Assembly (NCBI GenBank): GCA_017859335.1
Contig: JAFMNH010000003.1
Location: forward strand, 1-50,737
DNA from: Rhodothermales bacterium
GTDB lineage: Bacteria > Bacteroidota > Rhodothermia > Rhodothermales > UBA10348
Length of the DNA: 50,737 bases
Reading direction: 5' to 3'
The notes beneath the pieces are model-generated. The model was given only the letters and a program-made list of their open reading frames with translations. It searched no databases and had not been told where the DNA came from. Numbering within the stretch: position 1 is the stretch's first letter; each line of letters opens with the position of its first letter. This document shows, in pieces, positions 29,451-39,306 of the stretch. A program made the position numbers and the translations under genes.

Positions 29451-30332
29451 ATGATCCCCAAGGAACTGTTCAAGCGAATCCGGCAGATCGAGATCCGCAC
29501 CAAGGGTCTGGTCAGCAACATCTTTGGAGGCGAGTATCATTCGGCCTTCAAGGGCACCGGTATGGACTTTGCCGAAGTGCGCCCGTACCAGTTTGGGGAC
29601 GATGTCCGCAACATCGACTGGAACGTCTCGGCCCGCTACCCGGAAACCTTCATCAAGGTATTCGAGGAAGAACGGGAGCAGACGGTCATTCTGGCGGTGG
29701 ACGTATCGGGGTCCGAGGATTTTGCCTCAGCCAGCGCTTTCAAGCGAGAGATTGCAGCCGAGATCTGCGCCGTGGTGGCCTTTTCTGCCATCCAGAACAA
29801 CGACAAGGTTGGCCTGCTGCTGTTTTCAGATCAAATCGAGCTTTTCGTGCCGCCCAAGAAAGGGCGTAAGCACGTACTGCGACTCATCCGGGACCTGTTC
29901 GCCCACGAACAACAGTCCACGGGGACGGATCTGAAAGTGGCGCTCAACCACCTGGTCCACGTGTTACATCGGCGCTCCATCGTCATGCTCATGAGCGACT
30001 TCATGGACGATGGTTTCGAGCCCGCCCTTCGCGCCGTGGCGCGTCGTCACGATACGATTGCCGTCCACCTGACAGATCCCGTCGAGAGTGAATTACCAGA
30101 GGTGGGCCTCATGGAAGTGACGGATGCCGAAACGGGGGAGCGCATCCTGATTGATACGTCTGATGTAACGGTCCGGAACCTGTACGAGGAAGAAGCTCGT
30201 TCAAGGGAGGCGGCCCTCACGAAGATGTTCAGGCGCCTGCGAGTAGACGCCATACGCATCATTACGGATGAGGGATATGTGGATCCGCTGATCCGGTTTT
30301 TCCGTCAACGCAATCGCATGATCCGGGCATGA
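29451..30332 (+). CDS. DUF58 (VWA-like) protein of MoxR/Bat systems
   Basis: GEYHSAFKG.GMDFAEVRPYQFGDDVRNIDWNVSAR, FEEERE, DVSGS, SDF. Confidence 0.92.
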   Translation: MIPKELFKRIRQIEIRTKGLVSNIFGGEYHSAFKGTGMDFAEVRPYQFGDDVRNIDWNVSARYPETFIKVFEEEREQTVILAVDVSGSEDFASASAFKREIAAEICAVVAFSAIQNNDKVGLLLFSDQIELFVPPKKGRKHVLRLIRDLFAHEQQSTGTDLKVALNHLVHVLHRRSIVMLMSDFMDDGFEPALRAVARRHDTIAVHLTDPVESELPEVGLMEVTDAETGERILIDTSDVTVRNLYEEEARSREAALTKMFRRLRVDAIRIITDEGYVDPLIRFFRQRNRMIRA

Positions 30333-31399
30333 CGCTGCGCATGTCATATCCGAAGATGTTGCTGTGGATGGCCTTCAGCCTGGCCGTGGCACCGCTTGCT
30401 ATAGCCCAGCAGTACGAGACGCACCTGTCAGTGGACTCTGTGACGGTGGGTGACCGGTTTGAACTGACCGTGGTGGTGGGTCACGATGGTGTGCGCGAGG
30501 CTGTTTTTCCGCATGACCTGATCCCCGACTCCCTACATGGCGCGGCATTTTTCGCGCTAGGAGATTTTGAAATTCTGGGTGTGCGCGGTGAAGGTGGCCG
30601 GGACTGGCCCGGCGGCGGTCGCATCGATTCGGTCATCTATGAGGCCACAACGTTCGCCCTGGATACGGCCCGCGTAGCCGGCATTCCGGTGGGTCTGGCC
30701 CAGAATGGGGATACGCTGACAGCCCTGTCTCCCCCGGCCTTCCTGCGCATCGGTTCGCTCGTCCCAGATGATGCTGCCGAAATCCAGGAGCTGGCGGAGC
30801 TGGCCACCTTTGATCGTTCCTGGTGGCCTTGGGTTCTTGGGCTGCTGGCCCTGGCCGGCGTCCTCTATGGCTTGTGGCGCTGGCGCCAGCAGCAGGAGGA
30901 AGAGGTTGTTGAGAACGAACCCTCAGAGCCCGCCATCCCACCCTACCAGGAGGCTCTTGAGCGACTCTCGAGCCTGCAGAAGGAGGATTTCGCAGATCCG
31001 GGACGCATCAAACCGTTCTACGTCGAGCTGACGGATATCCTTCGGACCTACGTAGGGCGGCGTACACACGTCCCCGCCCTCGAGTCCACGACCCGTGAGC
31101 TGCTCGATCGCTTACGTTCCTCGTCCTCGGGAACGGTACTCCCGGATGATGTGATGAATGAGATCGATAACGTGCTGACGCATTCTGATCTGGTCAAGTT
31201 TGCTGACCTGCGCCCGATCCTGGAGCAGACCCGGGAGATGGTGGATCAGACGCGTACCGTCATCGAAGGGACCGAATCCGCCTACCGCGAAGAGGAGCTT
31301 CGGCGCGAAAGGGAGCGTCGGGCAGCCATCGAAGCGGCGCAGTATGCCCCCACCGGGGACAAGAAGGGTGCCCTCCAACCAGAGACGGAGGAGGTCTGA
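30329..31399 (+). CDS. Bat-operon single-pass membrane protein (BatD-like N-terminus)
   Basis: Signal peptide, VTVGDRFELTV, one TM (WWPWVLGLLALAGVLYGLW), FYVELTDILRTY...ALESTT, DLVKFA. Confidence 0.82.
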   Translation: MTLRMSYPKMLLWMAFSLAVAPLAIAQQYETHLSVDSVTVGDRFELTVVVGHDGVREAVFPHDLIPDSLHGAAFFALGDFEILGVRGEGGRDWPGGGRIDSVIYEATTFALDTARVAGIPVGLAQNGDTLTALSPPAFLRIGSLVPDDAAEIQELAELATFDRSWWPWVLGLLALAGVLYGLWRWRQQQEEEVVENEPSEPAIPPYQEALERLSSLQKEDFADPGRIKPFYVELTDILRTYVGRRTHVPALESTTRELLDRLRSSSSGTVLPDDVMNEIDNVLTHSDLVKFADLRPILEQTREMVDQTRTVIEGTESAYREEELRRERERRAAIEAAQYAPTGDKKGALQPETEEV

Positions 31400-32382
31400 T
31401 GGAATTCGCGCAACCCATTTGGCTGTTTCTGCTCCTGTTGGTTCCACTCGCAGGCTGGCAATCCTGGCAGAGCCTGCGCAGGCGGCCCGGCATGCGCTTC
31501 TCTACCACGACGGCAGCCCGTGCGGCCGGGCCATCGTGGCGCGTGCGTTTGCGCGTTGTTCCAACGGTCCTCCGTGTCGCGGGCCTCTCGCTGGCAATCA
31601 TTGCGATGGCCCGGCCGCAGGATCGCAATGTCATCCGGGAGCAGTTTGCCGAGGGCGTGGACATCATGATGGTGCTTGACACCAGCACCTCCATGCGCGC
31701 CGAGGACTTCACCCCGAACCGCTTCGAGGCGGCCAAGAACGTGGGTGCACAATTCATTGCCGGTCGTACCTCGGACCGGGTCGGTCTGATTGTATTTGCC
31801 GCCAATGCCTACACGCAGGCCCCGCTGACCCTGGACTATACGTTCCTGCAGTCCATGCTGAGCGAGGTCGAAGTGGGCGTTATTGAAGACGGTACCGCTA
31901 TCGGAACGGCACTGGCCATGGCCGTAAATCGCCTCAAGGACAGCGAAGCCAAGAGCAAGGTCATCATCCTGCTGACCGATGGACAGAACAACCGCGGCGA
32001 GCTCAGCCCCGAGACGGCGGCCGAGGTGGCCCGTACGCTCGGCGTCCGCATCTATGCCATCGGTGTCGGTCAGCATGGCGAAGCGCCCTTTGTCGTGGAC
32101 CATCCCTTCGCAGGACGTCAACGCCGTATGGTCCCCGTGGAAATCGACGAGGAAATGCTGCAGGCCGTGGCCGACATGACGGGGGGCCAGTATTTCCGGG
32201 CTACGAACAACCGGGCCCTTGCCGACATCTACGAGGAGATCGGCGAACTTGAGCAGACAAAGATCGAAGAACGCAGCTACATGGACTACGAGGAGCGCTA
32301 TGCTGCCTTCCTCTTCCCGGGCATGCTGCTGCTCCTCCTCGACGTCCTCCTTTCAACCACCCTGTTCCGGAGGTTTCCCTGA
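31399..32382 (+). CDS. batA: BatA VWA-domain protein
   Basis: MEFAQPIWL BatA N-terminus, LDTSTSM MIDAS, GTAIG, LLTDGQNN. Confidence 0.92.
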   Translation: MEFAQPIWLFLLLLVPLAGWQSWQSLRRRPGMRFSTTTAARAAGPSWRVRLRVVPTVLRVAGLSLAIIAMARPQDRNVIREQFAEGVDIMMVLDTSTSMRAEDFTPNRFEAAKNVGAQFIAGRTSDRVGLIVFAANAYTQAPLTLDYTFLQSMLSEVEVGVIEDGTAIGTALAMAVNRLKDSEAKSKVIILLTDGQNNRGELSPETAAEVARTLGVRIYAIGVGQHGEAPFVVDHPFAGRQRRMVPVEIDEEMLQAVADMTGGQYFRATNNRALADIYEEIGELEQTKIEERSYMDYEERYAAFLFPGMLLLLLDVLLSTTLFRRFP

Positions 32383-33431
32383 TGGAGTGGCTGAACCCGC
32401 AATACACCTGGACACTCGCCCTGATACCGGTCGTGGTCGGTCTGTTCGTGCTGGCGGCGCTGCGGCGTCGGCAACTGGCCGAGCGTTTCGGTGAACAGGC
32501 CACCATCCGACGCCTGGCTGCATCGATCAGTCCGCAGCGCCGCCGCTGGAAAGCGGCGCTCAAGACCGTGGGCATCGCCCTCATCATCCTGGCCCTCATC
32601 GGACCGCGCTTCGGTACGCGGCTCAAGGAGGTCACCCGTGAAGGCATCGACCTGGTCATCGCCTTGGATGTCTCTGCTTCGATGATGGCCGAAGATGTGG
32701 CCCCGAATCGTCTGGATCGCGCCCGCAACGAGATCAAGAACCTGATCGGGGACATGGACGGGGACCGGATTGCCCTGGTCACCTTTGCCGGCGACGCCTT
32801 CATCCAGTGTCCGCTCACGACCGATTTCGGCGCACTGCGTCTTTTTCTGGACGTAGCCGATCCCTCCCTGATACCGACACCCGGCACGGACTTCGGAGCA
32901 GCGCTGCAGATGGCACTGCAAGCCTTCAAGGCGCCCACGGGCACGCCAGACAACGAGGCCCGAACCCGCGCCATCCTCTTCGTATCGGACGGGGAAAATC
33001 ACATTGCAGATCTGGAATCCATTCTCCAGGATGCCCGGGATGAGGGCGTAGTCGTGTATGCCGCCGGTGTCGGGGAAACCGATGGCGCTCCCATCCCTGT
33101 ATACCGCAATGGTCGTCGCGTGGACTGGAAGAAAGACCGGACTGGAGCCGTGGTGACCACCCGACTGGAAGAAGCCGTTTTGCAGGATCTGGCGCAGGAT
33201 GGCAGCTATTACCGGATTGCGCGTACCTCCAGTTCGCTGCCACGTATTACGAGCGCCCTCGACCAACTGGATCAGACCACCTTCGGACAGGAGGAATTCG
33301 AAGAGTACGAAGAGCGGTTCCAGTGGCCGCTGCTGCTCGGTTTGCTGTTGCTGCTCCTGGAATGGATGATTCCTGAACGCATCCGTTCCGACAGTTCAAC
33401 CCGGTTCACTTCATCTCACGCCTCATCATGA
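32382..33431 (+). CDS. batB: BatB VWA-domain protein
   Basis: GPRFG, LDVSASM, PNRLDRA, CPLTTD, SDGE, ERFQWPL. Confidence 0.9.
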   Translation: MEWLNPQYTWTLALIPVVVGLFVLAALRRRQLAERFGEQATIRRLAASISPQRRRWKAALKTVGIALIILALIGPRFGTRLKEVTREGIDLVIALDVSASMMAEDVAPNRLDRARNEIKNLIGDMDGDRIALVTFAGDAFIQCPLTTDFGALRLFLDVADPSLIPTPGTDFGAALQMALQAFKAPTGTPDNEARTRAILFVSDGENHIADLESILQDARDEGVVVYAAGVGETDGAPIPVYRNGRRVDWKKDRTGAVVTTRLEEAVLQDLAQDGSYYRIARTSSSLPRITSALDQLDQTTFGQEEFEEYEERFQWPLLLGLLLLLLEWMIPERIRSDSSTRFTSSHASS

Positions 33432-34201
33432 AACAACTGTTTGTTCTCGTGATCGCCGTCCTGCTCTTCGGCCCCGGTGACGGCAAAAAGAAGGGCCGTC
33501 AAGGCAATGCGCTCTACGTACAGGAGCAGTACGAGGAAGCCATGGCTGCGTACCAGGAAGGGGTCGGGGCCGTTCAGGAGGATGGACCCGGCGCTGTCCA
33601 CTCGGGCCTTTTGAACAACCTGGGGGCTGCACTCTACCGTACCGGCGATATGGAGCAAGCCGGCATTGCATTCAGCAGCGCCGCCACCATGGCCCTGGCT
33701 CCCGAGGACCTGGTTCGCGCCAGCTACAATGCCGGCAATGCGGCCTTCAAGGCCGAACAGCTCGAGCAGGCCCTCGAACACTACCGCCGTGCGCTCCTCA
33801 ACGACCCGTCCAACGCGGATGCGAAATTCAACTACGAGTTCGTGAAGCGACAGCTGGAAGAGCAGCAACAGAACCAGGAGCAGCAGGACCAACAGGACGA
33901 GAATCAGGAGAATCAGGAAAACGAGAACAACCAGGACCAGCAGGACCAGGAAGGAGAGCAGGACGAGCAACAACAGGAGCAGGATCAGCAGCAGCAGCAG
34001 CAGCAGAGCCCAGACGACGCCGGTCAGCAGCAGGATCAGCAGCAACAACATCAGGAGCAGCAAGAGCGGGAGGACCCGACTAAACTGAGTGAGGAGGAGG
34101 CGCAGCGGATCCTGCAGGCGCTGGAAAACGAAGAAGAGCAACTACTTCGTCAGGTTCAGAAAATGAAAACCCGTCCGCGTCGGGTCGAGAAAGACTGGTA
34201 A
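33428..34201 (+). CDS. batC: BatC TPR protein with Q/E/D-rich linker
   Basis: TPR-like NNLGAALY, YNAGNAAF, DAKFNYE; Q-rich region; AQRILQAL..EE; C-terminal EKDW. Confidence 0.88.
   Translation: MKQLFVLVIAVLLFGPGDGKKKGRQGNALYVQEQYEEAMAAYQEGVGAVQEDGPGAVHSGLLNNLGAALYRTGDMEQAGIAFSSAATMALAPEDLVRASYNAGNAAFKAEQLEQALEHYRRALLNDPSNADAKFNYEFVKRQLEEQQQNQEQQDQQDENQENQENENNQDQQDQEGEQDEQQQEQDQQQQQQQSPDDAGQQQDQQQQHQEQQEREDPTKLSEEEAQRILQALENEEEQLLRQVQKMKTRPRRVEKDW
33860..34065 (+). repeat. CAG/GAG-rich low-complexity coding tract including (CAG)7 at 33986-34006
   Basis: Direct reading; encodes the poly-Q linker of BatC. Confidence 0.85.
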
Positions 34202-36084
34202 TGACACGCCGATCGCCGCTTCATCATTCCATGCGAGGTACGGGGGGCCTTCAGGTGCTCATCTTCGTACTCGGACTGCTTGCACCTGGCACCGTGCTGG
34301 CCCAGGTGGACGTACACGCCTCTGTCGATGCCACCACCATCGGTACGGAGGAGAGCGTCAGCTTCACCATCACGATTGATGGGTCCGATGGCAGTAACGT
34401 CCAGGTCCCTCAGCCCCCGGAAGCCGACGGCTTGACCCTCCTGCAGACCATTCCAAGGACGCAGCAAAGCGTATCAATCGTGAATGGCCAGATGAGTCGC
34501 AGTTTCGGCTACTCCTGGTCCTACCGGCCCACGGCCGAAGGAACGGCACGCATCGGCGCCACGACCATTACCGTTGGTAATCGCGAGTATCATACCCAGC
34601 CGATCCAGGTGCAGGTCGTAGCGCAGAGCCAGCGCCCGGCCCGGTCCCCTCGTGTGGATCCGTTCCAAGCGCTGCGCTCGCCCTTCGATCCTCCTGCAGC
34701 TGAACCAGCTCCAGAGCCCGACGAGTCCGATTTGTTCATTCGTGCCGTCCCCACGCAGCGGACTGCGTGGCAGAATGAGCAGGTGGTCATCGAGTACCGT
34801 CTATTCTTTCGGGAGGGCATCCAGCTGCGACAGAGCCGCCTGACCGATTCCTGGGACGCCGAAGGCTTCTGGCGGGAAGAGCTGGACGTGGAAACACGAC
34901 CCATCCCCCGGGTCACAGTCGAAAACGGGCTGCGCTACAACACGATTGTACTCAAGAAGGCCGCCGTATTCCCTACCCGCGCAGGGGAGTTGACTGTCGA
35001 TCCGCTAAAGATCGAGAGCGAGGCCATGATGCCCTTCGGGTCACGGGATCCATTCCGATCCCTGTTTGCCATGCAGTCTCGGTTTTCACCGATTGAGTTG
35101 GCCTCCGAAAAGGTGACCATCACGTCCCGCCCACTACCCCAAGGCGCACCCGATGCGTTCAACGGTGCCGTGGGATCGTACGCCATGACCGTCAATCCAG
35201 ACAAGACAACGCTGGAGGTCGGAGAATCCCTGCAGCTGACCGTTACTGTAACGGGCCGTGGAAACCTGGCTACAATGGATGCCCCGTCGCTCTCGATTCC
35301 TGCCGCCTTCGACGTCTATGACCCCGACGTATCGACACTGCTCAACCGTTCCGGCACGCGTCTCTCGGGCAGCAAGACGTTCCGCTATATCCTGATACCG
35401 CGTACCAATGGTACCTTTGAAATCCCACCCATCGAGTTTGTCTGGTTCGATCCGGATGCGGGACGGTATCGCAGCTCCATGTCAGAACCCTTTCCGGTTG
35501 TTGTCACAGGGACGGCCACGTCGCCCTTGTCTGTGACGGCCACCACGAACGGCATGCCCGTAGACGATTTCGCTCCGGCATTCACCGGTGACGTGTCATG
35601 GCAGTCATCGAGCAGCCTGCTCCTTCACACCCGCTGGTGGGCGTGGATCCTCCTTCTGACGCCGCTGGCCGCCATGGGTGGGGCCCATTTCTGGCGCCGC
35701 TATCAGGACCGGTTGGTCCGGGACCCTCGTTGGGCCCGTGGGCGCCGTGCCCATCCCCTGAGTCGGAAGCACTTGAAGCAGGCCATGGAGTTGCTGCAGG
35801 GCGGTGATACGAAAGGCTACTTCGAAGAGGTGGAGCGGGCTGTCCTGGGATTCATCGGTAACCGACTCGACGTGGCCGAGAAGGGTTTGACACGGCCCCA
35901 GCTGGACGCTTTACTGGCTCAACGTGATGTCTCGGCACCCCTGCGCTCCCGGCTTCGAAGTCTCTTGGACCTGTGTGATCGTGGGCGATTTGCACCGGCA
36001 TCGTTCTCCCCCGAAAACAAGGAAGACGCCTTTGACGATGCCTCGTCGTTCATTCCCGACCTGGACGAAGAGTTGAACCCATGA
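34201..36084 (+). CDS. batD: BatD family protein
   Basis: QSVSIVNGQMS, GAVGSY, GRGNL, SGSKTFRYILIP...GTFEIPPIEFVWFDP, C-terminal TM and RFAP. Confidence 0.9.
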   Translation: MTRRSPLHHSMRGTGGLQVLIFVLGLLAPGTVLAQVDVHASVDATTIGTEESVSFTITIDGSDGSNVQVPQPPEADGLTLLQTIPRTQQSVSIVNGQMSRSFGYSWSYRPTAEGTARIGATTITVGNREYHTQPIQVQVVAQSQRPARSPRVDPFQALRSPFDPPAAEPAPEPDESDLFIRAVPTQRTAWQNEQVVIEYRLFFREGIQLRQSRLTDSWDAEGFWREELDVETRPIPRVTVENGLRYNTIVLKKAAVFPTRAGELTVDPLKIESEAMMPFGSRDPFRSLFAMQSRFSPIELASEKVTITSRPLPQGAPDAFNGAVGSYAMTVNPDKTTLEVGESLQLTVTVTGRGNLATMDAPSLSIPAAFDVYDPDVSTLLNRSGTRLSGSKTFRYILIPRTNGTFEIPPIEFVWFDPDAGRYRSSMSEPFPVVVTGTATSPLSVTATTNGMPVDDFAPAFTGDVSWQSSSSLLLHTRWWAWILLLTPLAAMGGAHFWRRYQDRLVRDPRWARGRRAHPLSRKHLKQAMELLQGGDTKGYFEEVERAVLGFIGNRLDVAEKGLTRPQLDALLAQRDVSAPLRSRLRSLLDLCDRGRFAPASFSPENKEDAFDDASSFIPDLDEELNP

Positions 36085-36836
36085 TGCGAAGCGCGATCAT
36101 CATCGTCATGCTTCTTGCGGCTCCGCTTTCCCGGGCGCAGGATGCAGCCTCCCTCCAGAGATTCGACGAGGGTACCACTGCCCTCATTGAGGGTCGCTTC
36201 CAGGATGCGCTTGGCGCCTTCGAAACCGTTGAACGCAGTGGGTGGGAATCCGATGCGCTGTACTACAACATGGCTCTGGCCCATTACCGGCTTGACAACC
36301 TGGGGCAGGCCATCCGCTTTCTTGAGAAAGCGCGCCAGCTGAACGAGGATGATCCGAGGATTCTTCATTCCCTTGCCATCGCGGGGCAACGTCAAGCGGA
36401 CCGGTTTTCCACCCTGCCGGACCCCTTCTGGCTCTCGGCCCGAGCATGGCTGACCGATCAGGTACCCATCCGGACAGCCTTCCTGATAGGCATCCTGTGC
36501 TGGTTCGGCTTCGCTGCAGCCTGGCTGGCCAACGTGGTGGGAGGCGTCAACGGCCCGGGGTGGCAGCGGGGCCGCAGCGTGGGATTCGTCCTCGGTCTGG
36601 TCCTGATTACGCACGCGTTTGCCTCTTCCATCTGGCCGCCCCATCCGGACCGGTACGTCATCCTCGCAGACGTATCCCAACTGCGCGAACAGGCCAGTCT
36701 CGAGGCCGCCGAGGTAGTCGAGGTCCATGAGGGACTGATTGTCGACGTTCGCGCATCGGCGCCAGCCTGGTACCTGGTGGAAATCCCGAACGGCACTCGG
36801 GGATGGGTGCCCAGCGCGGACCTCGGGGATATCTGA
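36081..36836 (+). CDS. batE: BatE TPR + SH3-like protein
   Basis: LYYNMALAHYR..LGQAI..LEKA, two TMs, VHEG...NGTRGWVP. Confidence 0.88.
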   Translation: MMRSAIIIVMLLAAPLSRAQDAASLQRFDEGTTALIEGRFQDALGAFETVERSGWESDALYYNMALAHYRLDNLGQAIRFLEKARQLNEDDPRILHSLAIAGQRQADRFSTLPDPFWLSARAWLTDQVPIRTAFLIGILCWFGFAAAWLANVVGGVNGPGWQRGRSVGFVLGLVLITHAFASSIWPPHPDRYVILADVSQLREQASLEAAEVVEVHEGLIVDVRASAPAWYLVEIPNGTRGWVPSADLGDI

Positions 36837-36915
36837 GCAAGTCGTATCTTCGGACCCCGGCCCTCCTTGAGGTGTCCATTCGCCCACCGCCTTCCCGTCT
36901 GAACCACGCACCGTC

Positions 36916-37587
36916 TTGACGCTCGAACCCCACGTACTGAAGACATCCCGGAAAGCCGGCTGGATCGAAGTCGTGTGTGGATCCATGTTCAGCGGCAAGA
37001 CGGAGGAGTTGATCCGTCGGGTGCGCCGGGCTACCATCGCCAGACAGCGCACGGAGATATTCAAACCAGCCGTTGACACCCGCTATTCGGAGGACCAAGT
37101 GGTCTCCCACGACGAATCGGCGCTTCGTTCAACAGCCGTGGCCGCCGCTTCCCAGATCATCCTCCTGGCACAGGACTCTGATGTAGTCGGTATCGATGAG
37201 GCCCAGTTCTTTGGTGATGACCTGGTCCATGTGTGTCGTGAACTGGCTGAGTCCGGTAAACGGGTCATTATCGCTGGCCTGGACCAGGACTATCTCGGAC
37301 AGCCGTTCGAGCCCATGCCTCAGCTCATGGCCATTGCCGAGTACGTCACCAAACTGCACGCTATCTGTGTTGTCTGCGGAAATCCAGCCAACCATTCTCA
37401 GCGTCTCGTCGATGGCGACAGCCGGGTACTTCTCGGGGCGAAAGAAGCCTACGAGCCCCGATGCCGGGACTGCTTCGACCTGGCACTCTCGAGAGGGGAA
37501 TCACCCACTACGGCGCATCCGGTCGAGAGCCTCATCGAGGCCGAACAAAATGAGGCCGATACCCCCGAAAGCCACAAGGGCGGGTAG
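36916..37587 (+). CDS. tdk: Thymidine kinase
   Basis: GSMFSGKTEEL, IDEAQF, AGLD, CVVCG...YEPRCRDC; TTG start. Confidence 0.95.
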   Translation: MTLEPHVLKTSRKAGWIEVVCGSMFSGKTEELIRRVRRATIARQRTEIFKPAVDTRYSEDQVVSHDESALRSTAVAAASQIILLAQDSDVVGIDEAQFFGDDLVHVCRELAESGKRVIIAGLDQDYLGQPFEPMPQLMAIAEYVTKLHAICVVCGNPANHSQRLVDGDSRVLLGAKEAYEPRCRDCFDLALSRGESPTTAHPVESLIEAEQNEADTPESHKGG

Positions 37588-38718
37588 CGGTTGCCAGATG
37601 ACCAGGCCTCCCAGGGCTCCCAGGACTCCCCCCAGGTATTTGATGTAATTGAGCTGCTCGTTCGAGGAGTTCTTGATCAAGGCCTCCAGTCGACCTTCGT
37701 CGTAGGCCATCATATTGGTCATGACCATGTCATAGACGTCGAGATTCTCAACGAATCCGAGTACAGCTCGGGTGGCGAAGTCCTCTATATCCTCGGCGCG
37801 CGCCTCAATCTTTTCCGGGATCGTGTCGAGCAGAGCGTCCATGTCATCGAGCACTACGTCGAGTTGGGCCGGGAGACCGTGGACCACCTTGTCGACACGG
37901 CGCTTGAAGTCCTCCTCGTTCAGGTACCGATAGGCCTTTAGCGCCATGCCACCAACGCCCTCTCCGACGTAGGCTTCAATCTTCTGCACTACGAAGTCGA
38001 CAATGCGCTTTCGTACCTCATCCGATGTAAGTACGCTTTCGACGTAATCCGCTGTCAGTCGCTTGAGGTCGGTACGGAACTGCGGATCCTCGAGAACACC
38101 TCGGGCCACGGACATGGCCAGCTCACGGTATTTCGGGATGATGGCATTCTCCTCGATCTTCTGCTTGATGATCTCCTCGTTGATCAGCTCCTCGCTGACT
38201 GCCGTTGCCAGTCGGTAAATGACCCGCTCGCGCTGGGCGGGAATAAGCCCCTGACCGAAAATGGGCCTGGGCTGCCGGGGGTTGAAGAGCATCGTAATGG
38301 CAACCCAGTTGGTCAGAAAACCTATCAGACCACTTACGGCCACGATGCGCAGTAGCCCTTCCAGCAGAAACGGGCGTCCCAGCAGCATCAACTCGACATG
38401 CGGGAAATCCCATGCAAAAGAGGTGGCGAACATGAGGATCAATCCCAGGGGGATGACCTGCAGCAGGGGCAGCAGCCGGGCATGGGCACCCGTTGCCCGG
38501 GGCGGTTCATGGCGGGTCCGCCCCTGTTCAGAGGGTGGCGGAACATGACGTCGGGCGTAGGTGGCCACCAAGTGCCTGAAGTCGGCGGCCCGCGCCTTGG
38601 TCATTGCACGCGCTTGCGCTACCGATACATCGGGCCGTGCAGTGGCATCATCTCGATGCTCTTCCGGCTTATCTGATGCGGGCTGACCCTGGCTGGGATG
38701 TGATGCGTCTTCCGTCAC
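37501..38718 (-). CDS. DUF445-family membrane protein
   Basis: GLIGFLTNWVAITMLFNP...GLIP, helical middle, EQLNYIKYLGGVLGALGGL. Confidence 0.85.
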   Translation of the reverse strand: MTEDASHPSQGQPASDKPEEHRDDATARPDVSVAQARAMTKARAADFRHLVATYARRHVPPPSEQGRTRHEPPRATGAHARLLPLLQVIPLGLILMFATSFAWDFPHVELMLLGRPFLLEGLLRIVAVSGLIGFLTNWVAITMLFNPRQPRPIFGQGLIPAQRERVIYRLATAVSEELINEEIIKQKIEENAIIPKYRELAMSVARGVLEDPQFRTDLKRLTADYVESVLTSDEVRKRIVDFVVQKIEAYVGEGVGGMALKAYRYLNEEDFKRRVDKVVHGLPAQLDVVLDDMDALLDTIPEKIEARAEDIEDFATRAVLGFVENLDVYDMVMTNMMAYDEGRLEALIKNSSNEQLNYIKYLGGVLGALGGLVIWQPLPALVAFGGIGLILFGLDEALDRMRRSG

Positions 38719-38741
38719 ATGAATGGACCGTCTGAAAGGTG

Positions 38742-39305
38742 TTATTCAGACGCGGAAAAGCCCAAGCGGGTTGCATCAGCCTGCATACCGGCAATGACGT
38801 TGGCAATGTGCTCGTTGAGCTCCAGGCCCAGATCCTCGGCTCCCTCCCGAATATCCTCCCTGCTGACGGCGGCAGCGAAGGTCTTGACCTTCAACTTCTT
38901 CGTCACCGACTTCGGCTTCATGCCGTCCAGGCCTGTGGGTCGCAGGTAGGCTACGGCCGTAATGAACCCGGCCAGTTCGTCTACTGCAAACAACGTTTTG
39001 GCCATCCGTGTCGTCCGGGGCGTACCCGTATGGGGCGCATGGCCCATGATGGCATCCAGCATGTCCTCTGGATAGCCGGCCTCCCTCAAAACGCCCACAC
39101 CAACGTAGGGGTGCTCCTCAAGCGTCTGATGCTTCTCATAATCCATGTCATGCAATAGCCCGGCCATGCGCCACCGTGTTTCATCCTCGCCGAACATACG
39201 GGCATAGAATCCCATGGCCGCCTCGACAGCGTAGGCATGACGGCGCAGGCTGTCCGTCTTGGTCCACTCATGAAACAGGGTCAATGCGTCGTCATACGTG
39301 GGCAT
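38742..39305 (-). CDS. HD-domain (HDIG-type) phosphohydrolase
   Basis: H..AVE, GLLHDMDYE, AIMGH, AVDEL, FAAAVSRE. Confidence 0.9.
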   Translation of the reverse strand: MPTYDDALTLFHEWTKTDSLRRHAYAVEAAMGFYARMFGEDETRWRMAGLLHDMDYEKHQTLEEHPYVGVGVLREAGYPEDMLDAIMGHAPHTGTPRTTRMAKTLFAVDELAGFITAVAYLRPTGLDGMKPKSVTKKLKVKTFAAAVSREDIREGAEDLGLELNEHIANVIAGMQADATRLGFSASE

Positions 39306-39306
39306 G

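Noticed and set aside
33416-34141. Poly-Leu 'membrane protein' on the minus strand
   Set aside because: It is the antisense reading of the BatC CAG/Q-rich tract
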